Of a DNA stretch of 6,941 bases, positions 1 through 6,941 are shown one piece after another. The notes under the pieces are model-generated. The model was not told the DNA's origin and searched no databases. It saw nothing but the letters and a program-made list of their open reading frames with translations. The DNA lies in NCBI RefSeq assembly GCF_000150275.1, contig NW_002061058.1, positions 3,139 to 10,079 of the forward strand, in the 5' to 3' direction. How positions within the stretch are numbered: the stretch's first letter is position 1; every line of letters starts with the position of its first letter. This DNA is from Trichoplax adhaerens. Taxonomy: Eukaryota > Animalia > Placozoa. A program made the position numbers and the translations under genes.

Positions 1-281
1 ACATAGTCTATTAATGGATGTTGCTGCTCTTTGTATACTTGTACAATACAAATAAATAAATATGCATTTATTACTTCAAAGTTCTAATCTTAATATTGGG
101 TAGACGTATGATATTGAAAATATCTGCGGTACACACGATTTCATTTTCTACCATGGTCTTCAATGTTTACGCACATATTACTTTCAATAGGAACCGCTAA
201 AATGAAAACGTTTTCTTAATGGTCTCTCACCATCTCTGATTGTACTATAGTAGTTCCTGCTATACGTTCGCGCAATATGTA

Positions 282-301
282 TTATCGATAATTATCGATA
301 A
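282..301. repeat. Perfect 20-bp palindrome made of two tandem copies of TTATCGATAA
   Basis: TTATCGATAATTATCGATAA equals its own reverse complement, and each 10-mer half is also palindromic. Confidence 0.95.
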
Positions 302-959
302 GCGCTATTGAAGCAATAGTAGCTTGATATACTATACGAAATTGAGCATAGATAATCTTTTCTCGATCAAGTAGCTCTATCATGCCACTTTTACCATAGA
401 CATGTTCTACTTGTTGAAAGTATGAAAGGAATGAAAAGATTGCTGAACTGCATAAGAATGATAGACACATATGCTGTTCATTCACGTTTAAGAGGGAGTA
501 AAGTAAGATATTATTTTACTTGTCTAGTAGATGATTAGTTATACTTTATAGTGAATGAAACGATTCTTCTAGTCCAGTTTATGCGTATACTGTACTATAA
601 TTAACTCATTGACATAATTTGATTAATTTTAAGAGTAATGTGAGACGCTACTCTAGAGTAATATTGCCATAATTGTTTTTTTAAAGTACCAGACCACATT
701 ATCTTTTGTGCATGCCATCATCAACTTTTTTAGTATGCACTTGAGGACTAATGGCTATGACGGTGTAACTGAATTAAATATTGAATGATGGGGGGTATTG
801 TCATTTAATTCGTCGACATTGTATAGTTATTTTTTTTTATTCCATACGAATATCTTGACAACCAATACTTTGCTATTACCGTCTACATATGTATCAGCCT
901 TCCCTCACGTTGGTAAAAATGGTAAATTATATATTATGTTATGTGAAGTTTACAGTATG

Positions 960-977
960 TATATATATATATATATA
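960..977. repeat. (TA)9 microsatellite flanked by TACAGTA units
   Basis: 18 alternating T/A bases at 960-977, with TACAGTA at 951-957 and 976-982. Confidence 0.95.
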
Positions 978-1545
978 CAGTAGTAGTATTCGCAAAGAGA
1001 GAGTCAAGACATTTTGACAGGTAGGCGCACCATGCAACTTCGTACTACGTATAGTTGCACGTTCACAGTGATTTGTAGATCTCTGATTGCAAGTAAGGAA
1101 GTTTGTATTCCGAATAGCCATTTAAAATCAGTACATACGTATACTTACTAGATAGTAATATTACTACTTGTCTTTACCATAGAATCCCACCAACTGTCAA
1201 GATATCCAAAATAGTCGTCTGTTTTGTATTCTTTTTCATAGGAATAATGCACCATGGCAGATTTATTCTATAGCCATGACGATAAAGCTGGAATCATGAA
1301 GTCTTAGTGTTACACAGTAGTGGATAGTCCATGATGACTATTACACCATGTATAATGTATTGCATACTAATTCGCTATTCAGTATGAAGTCTGCTGGTGA
1401 AACCTCTTAAATGAGGGAAATATCGACGAGCGAAACATCATTTTTTTTATGATGATGCTGATTATCTTTCATACGAGTTTCAAGTGTTTTAATTTTTTAA
1501 ACTATTTAAGCTGAATCCTTTTTACATATTTATCGTATTCTACGA

Positions 1546-1674
1546 TACAGCCGAACATTTTAATAGCGATGCAGCGTCCAACGCTAAAAATAGAACTACA
1601 ACACAGTAAAGTGCGCAGTAGTTCTCGCGAAACTCTGTGACCCGTATATCAATATGAAAGGAGACCATTCTGTA
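1546..1674. mobile_element. Candidate decayed fold-back MITE (Tc1/mariner-pogo type ends TA-CAG...CTG-TA)
   Basis: Starts TACAG (1546) and ends CTGTA (1674). An internal perfect inverted pair AGAACTAC (1592-1599)/GTAGTTCT (1618-1625) lies nearly symmetrically (46 and 49 nt from the ends). The outer arms share only patchy similarity. Confidence 0.3.
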
Positions 1675-1679
1675 TACTT

Positions 1680-2865
1680 TACACTAGTGTACGCTATACT
1701 GTACAGTACGTTTGTATTTGAAACATTTTCCTAATCGAATTTCCGAGCAAGAAATCGGCATTTTACGGAACACTCGTATAATCATGGTTTGCTGATGCTT
1801 TTTAATTAATATCACTTGCAAATCACGAACATCAAGTTCAAGCCATGAGAGTACTGTACTGTACACTGTACAGTACTGTACAGGATTTGCTATTTGCCTA
1901 AGATGCTCTTGATACAGTACAATGTACTGTACTAGACAGTACACAATACTGTACTGTGTCTAGCAGTGCACCAGTTGTACAGTATTGCGTCTGCGTAGTG
2001 CGTACTACAAATCATGGTTGTGTACCAGAAAGTCTTTGACGCGTAGCCGAGAATCTCTGCCACCTTTAAAGAAGGACTTCTGTATTCTACTCTACAGTAC
2101 ACTACAGCATTACAAAGTACCGCAGTTGGCCAACACGTCGTACAGTACAGTACAGTACAGTACTGTAGATTATGCCAGACTGTACAGTGTACAGTACTGT
2201 ACAGTACAGTACAGTACACGAAGCAGTAGCACTTCAAAGTAACGTACTGTACAGTGTACACTGTACAGTACAGTACACAAATTAATGAAGAAACGGCGAA
2301 GCATTTATGAACTGTACAGTAGTGCTATCCTTCAGTTATAATTTGACGTTAAGGATTGAAAATTTCAAGTAAACTCACTCGCTTTCGTAGAAATGAATGC
2401 CCACACTTAGTATTGAATTATAAAAAGCGTTATAGGACAAATAGAAATAAAAATAGTGATAAAATTCACTTGCAAACATAGAGTATTTCATTCATATTAA
2501 CTTTACAGTACTATTCGTACACTATCAAGACTGTCATCCTTTTCATACAGTACTGTACTGTACTGTACTGTTCTTTTATACAGTACAGTACATTGTACAG
2601 TACACTACAGTACATTGTACAGTGTATCATCATGCTTATGCAGTTATTGTACTGTACAGTACTGTAGGCATGGATTTACTGTACATTGTACAGTACAGTA
2701 CTGTGGGCATGGATTTACTGTACATTGTACTGTAGTCGACTGTATGGTCCGCGCTGGTACAGACCAGACCGCTTGTGTCATACAGTACAGTACAGTACCA
2801 TTCTCTCTCTGCAGTACAGTACAATACACAATCAAGGCAAATTGGTGCGTCTATCCAGTACTGTA
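1680..2865. repeat. Dense cluster of TA-anchored TACAG/TACTG units interrupting unique sequence; probable stacked Tc1/mariner excision footprints
   Basis: Seen directly: runs such as 1852-1880 (TA CTG TA CTG TA CACTG TA CAG TA CTG TA), 2141-2167, 2183-2216, 2245-2275, 2546-2567, 2579-2626 and 2781-2797, about 60 units by hand count, separated by unrelated unique segments. The repeat itself is certain. The footprint origin is inferred from the known TACAGTA/TACTGTA footprints of CAG-ended Tc1/mariner elements. Confidence 0.85.
2655..2732 (+). repeat. 39-bp tandem duplication (2 copies, 2 mismatches)
   Basis: 2655-2693 TACAGTACTGTAGGCATGGATTTACTGTACATTGTACAG versus 2694-2732 TACAGTACTGTGGGCATGGATTTACTGTACATTGTACTG. 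The unique core GGCATGGATT is duplicated. Confidence 0.95.
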
Positions 2866-3355
2866 TGACTGTCGTTTGACTGCATTCAGCGCGCGTAGGT
2901 GCACATGAGCCGACCCAAGACGATATCATATGTTGCCTGACGTATTACTCATCACACTCCAGTGGGACAATAGCCGGGAGTCTGCGACGTCAACTAGGAA
3001 AGGTGGCGTCGTTGGTTAGTTTCATTGGGAAAGTTTGGTGGTAAGTTAAAATTGATCTTGTAAACTTATTCCATTGGTTTTTGAACTATCTTACCTAGGT
3101 ACTCTATACATCGTATAAATCCAATCGGATGAGTAATGAATGATCAATAGACTGTAGTTTGATCTATTTCAACTGGTAAAATGGGCCAATTTCTCCACTC
3201 ACTCTTGGTACCATCTTTACTTGGTTGCATTGTTTGATTGTAGTTTCAATGGTACTGTTCAATTCACTGTCAAGTCTTTTTCAAAGAAATACGCCAATTT
3301 CTTTCTTTTGCATGTAGATATAGTCTTCTTGCCATCATTTCCTTCTAGCAAGGCA

Positions 3356-3755
3356 ATGAGTCGGTATTAGCTCTTCAAAGGTATGACTCTTTCGATATGG
3401 ACTGAGAAAGAGGCTAAATTGATCCATTTCAGCCGTTAAAAACAAACAGTTAGAGACGAGTAGTTTGCCTACTCTTGCTAATGGTGTAATCGGTCACTTT
3501 CTTTCGACATACTTGATTCGTCAGATAGATCGATGGAGCCTATCCAACCTCTACTTTAACACTCTTAAAGAAGAATTACCTATCGATCTAAACCATTTCC
3601 CGTGTTCAATTCCACTCATACAATCTATGTTAACATGAAATGGGAATAACCAATATTCTCTTCATTGGAAAAAATTCTACTCGTACAAAAGATAAATCGA
3701 CAGCTTGATTTAAACCTTAATAGTACTGGAAAGGATAGCTTTAAAAACTGAATGA
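3356..3755 (+). pseudogene. Possible decayed intron-containing gene, product unknown
   Basis: ATG at 3356, candidate 52-nt intron 3381-3432 (GTATGA...TTCAG) joining in phase to a stop-free stretch ending at 3635 (AVKNKQLETSSLPTLANGVIGHFLSTYLIRQIDRWSLSNLYFNTLKEELPIDLNHFPCSIPLIQSMLT). In-frame stops at 3368, 3636, 3693 and 3711. Confidence 0.25.
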
Positions 3756-3793
3756 TGTAGCCTGTACAGTAGTTTGTTGAGGTTATTGGATGA

Positions 3794-3807
3794 TTTTTTT
3801 TTTTTTT
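3794..3807. repeat. T14 homopolymer (A14 on minus strand)
   Basis: 14 consecutive T, the longest homopolymer I see in the window. Confidence 0.9.
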
Positions 3808-3852
3808 GGGACATGAGACTACTGTACATTATAGTATTCTTCTTTTAAAATG

Positions 3853-4471
3853 TCACAATATTGCTATTTTCCCTGCAAAGGCTACCATGTTCGATCGTAA
3901 CTGCCACATCTAGAATTGTGGCTACTCACTGCATGCATTGTATACTTTCTGAAAGTCGTTTTCCACCATCGTAGGATTGGATATCAAGTTCCATATGATA
4001 TTCAATGTTACAACTAGCCTCTGCATGTTACCCTCCTCAATGCTCTTTTCTGTACTAGATTTGGTGAAACGGTCAGTCTCACAAGTTTCAAATATCCAGA
4101 TAACGCCATACTTTCGTCTTCCTGAATTGCTAAAAATAGCTATTATTCTGTTGTATCAATCGCATCGAACCAGTTAGTATCAAGACAGTACTAAGTGATT
4201 ATTCTGCGCATTTTACCCCTTTATTCATCGTCATTCCACCATATGGCTAGCACAATTCCTTTTTTTCATACCTTCTAAGCACGTCTATTCTAATATCATG
4301 ACTTTAGTAATTGTAAAGCAACGTGATAATTGTAAAATGGATCAAGCGTATGCATTTAACCGATAGGTGCCATAGTAGGATCGGATTAGTTTTTGATATC
4401 CCGGTTCTTCTAGGCCGCCTTTATTGTTGAGTAGTTGATGCTTAGTAAAACTTGATGAAAGGTGGACTCGT
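3853..4471 (-). CDS. Putative multi-exon gene fragment or pseudogene, product unknown, 5' end not found
   Basis: Best-supported exon 4147-3930 is open for 72 codons (IIAIFSNSGRRKYGVIWIFETCETDRF...FQKVYNAC), preceded by TACTAAC (4179-4173) and a CAG acceptor (4150-4148) and followed by a GTGAGT donor (3929-3924). Phase-compatible candidate exons lie at 4471-4361, 4289-4272 and 3872-3853. No homology recognised. Confidence 0.3.
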
Positions 4472-6941
4472 CTGTTGTTTAAAATCTTAGCGTTAATGAT
4501 TTAAAATAGTTCCGGCATTTATCTTCTCCCTAAATTTATTGAAACTCTAACCAAAATGTTTGGACATCGCTTATTTTAAAGTTTTAAAATATCGCTTTAC
4601 TTTATGAATAGTTAATAGCGTTGGAATACGTCTATCTAATTACTACATTGCAAGAGATTGCCTATCTATTGATATACCTTCATTTATGACACTCTGCAAG
4701 TTGTAGTCTAGCTAGCTTTTCTAATCGACTACTGTGTAAAACTAGTAAACCACCATTTGTTCCAATTAAATTTTATCTTGAATTTTTTTCCTACAATAGC
4801 TGAGCATACTGGTAGTCACGGTAGAAGTTATTGACTCATGTCGTATCACTGTACTTACTCTCAATATATCATGTAGTATAATCATTACTGTATTACTTAC
4901 AACATCCACTATAAATAACCTCCAGTGAACTGGATGGAATAAGGAGCCAGGGAATATAGATACTACGAATACATCAATTATTAATTTTATAGGTGTAAAT
5001 TTAAAGATTTTTAGAGTTTTAGTCGCTGGAGATTCTTATTATCATACATGAATGTATGAAGGAAATGCTTGTAGACTGCTCTACTGTAATGTAGATTAGC
5101 TTATCATAATTGATTATTCTAGTGTTGGATGAGATTAATCGCAGAATCATTGTCCTTAATAGAAATCTAACTTTATTCCGCTATTGCCAATATCAGAATA
5201 TTTCATCCAAATTTTAAATATTATTCCCTGAAAGAATCCGCTTTTCTATTAATGCAAAGTAATTATCATTAATGATATCAGTAGTAATACTTGTTAACTG
5301 TAGTATAATGAATTGATATCATTTTTATCCAATTTCTATCTCGATATGCTCTTATTCAGAATAATGTAGTTCTAGTAGCTAATCTTGCAATATCTACAAT
5401 TTCACATGATCTCTACGTGTACGTTAATCCCGGGAATAACCGATGTATTTATATTTATTTCTTTATTCATTCAGCTCATACGAGTATTTTCCGTCCTTAA
5501 AGTTAAATCAATAAATTTTAGAATGTAACTTGATCCCAGAGTTGACCCGTCGCCACTTTCTGGGAATGACAGATTCTCGGGAATTGCCGAAATTGACTGT
5601 TCTTTCTCAGGATCGATCTTAACAAGTTAAATCGAGATAAGGAGCCTTAAAAGTAATATCATCATCCTATATAGTTCAATTCTTAATCGCTTATAAAGAT
5701 CGTTAAAACATATGTTGCAAGTATGGTATTATCTTGATTATTATAAATTTATGCTATAGTTACTATAGAGATTAGCGTACATGTAAGGTTTTAACCACGA
5801 CATTATCGGGTTATTTTTTATTCGTATGGGCTATTTCAAATTCTTTGTGCTTTAATCACCACTTTTGCCGATGAATAATGTTACATCGAGTCATTTTTTA
5901 GAGTAAACCATGGACTACTATTTTTTTTTTTAGAAGTCTATAAATAAACCTAGGCTATAAATACGGCAATAGCCCAACATTAATTCATTCATTAAAGGAG
6001 TATAAGCTGTTAAATGATTTCATATTCCTTTAACCAAACCATTGTTATAACTGACTGCGGTATGTGCTTATTGCTACAGAGTCTATTCAATTTTGAAAGT
6101 AATATATATTTGTCTTAACTAGTACAGTTATATCATATTAGCAATTATCACTACAAACAAGTAGCAACAGCCATAGCAAATTAATTAAGGGAAATTATGA
6201 TTTATTTTAAATTGATATTGATGCGTTCGGTCTTCCTATTCCTACCATGATAATATATGGCATTTTAGACTTAATAATCATGTAAACCCTGAGCTGTAAA
6301 CTGTATTATTTAAAACGATTACAAAAATAGATTTGAGATTTGATAAGTTTTTAATGCTACAGCAATTTAAAACTTAGCATATTTATTAGAGACAAATTCG
6401 AAGATACTATATGTATTGTATATAGTATTATATATAGCGGTTTTAAATTAATCCCTGGAATAATATACGTTATTATAGCATCACCTCATTTTATCAATTA
6501 TAAATAGCTAGTTACGGCATTTCTTATTATTAGACGATCGTTCAGGATGCACGTTGTAATTTTTTACTCTGTTATAAGTGCTTTTGTAATACTATTATCA
6601 ATAGAATAGCTTATGGCATGTAGTAATGTGATTGTTTTACAATTTTGACTTCTGGACGTAGTTATGCTAGTTCATTGAGATATTATAACAAGAAAAGTAG
6701 TATTTAATATCAAATTTGCTAATCACCTCAATTGTATAAGCAATAACTTATTAAAAGTGGGTAAGATTGGTATAAAATATATAATTGACTGATTTAAACC
6801 GTTAGTTATAAATGCGTCCTAGTAAATGGGTTGGATCTGTTATCTTACCGAAGCTGAATTTCTCTTGTTGTAGGTTATCAGAATTATTGAGTTATCATTC
6901 CATTACTACCGGAGCTGAGATTTTAAGCTGAACCCTCATCA

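Noticed and set aside
282-1121. Short ORFs 282-485, 798-983 and 939-1121
   Set aside because: Only 60-67 aa with no recognisable motifs; two run through the (TA)9 microsatellite.
1385-1440. Hammerhead-ribozyme-like CTGGTGA...CCTC/GAGG...GAAA
   Set aside because: The core deviates from CUGANGA, extra bases precede stem II and stem I cannot form.
2141-2216. Telomeric repeat or plain pentanucleotide microsatellite
   Set aside because: Units switch orientation within runs and are dispersed among unique sequence. Only short sub-runs are pure (TACAG)n.
1850-2865. CRISPR-like repeat-spacer array
   Set aside because: Repeat blocks vary in length and sequence, spacers range from about 10 to 180 bp, there are no cas genes and the context is eukaryote-like.
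1684-2929. Seven overlapping ORFs rich in YCTV/YSTVQ
   Set aside because: They are translations of the TACAG/TACTG units, which lack stop codons in any frame. They overlap on both strands and show no domain.
3977-4177. Plus-strand 66-aa ORF
   Set aside because: TTG start, and most likely the antisense shadow of the better-supported minus-strand exon 4147-3930.
5042-5277. Short inverted repeats TCATACAT/ATGTATGA (5042-5059) and palindrome TATCATTAATGATA (5264-5277)
   Set aside because: AT-rich and short enough to arise by chance, with no associated structure.
6846-6918. Imperfect direct repeat TACCGRAGCTGA
   Set aside because: Only 11 of 12 bases match in two copies at the window edge, which is insufficient to interpret.

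Overview
AT-rich window that looks eukaryotic and largely non-coding, with fungal-style splice signals. I see no intact recognisable gene, RNA gene or CRISPR array. The dominant feature is a ~1.2 kb tract (1680-2865) in which unique sequence is interrupted at TA dinucleotides by about 60 (hand count) short units sharing their TA: TA-CAG-TA and TA-CTG-TA in mixed orientation, plus TA-CAGTG-TA, TA-CACTG-TA, TA-CATTG-TA and TA-CAC-TA variants. TACAGTA/TACTGTA is the established excision footprint of Tc1/mariner elements with CAG...CTG ends (e.g. Sleeping Beauty, impala). I infer the tract is a hotspot recording many insertion-excision cycles rather than a simple satellite. Most ORFs in the supplied track are artefacts of these repeats. 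Weaker signals: a decayed fold-back MITE candidate (1546-1674), a possible spliced minus-strand gene or relic (3853-4471), a possible plus-strand pseudogene (3356-3755) and a faint pogo-like transposase trace (~5170-5415).
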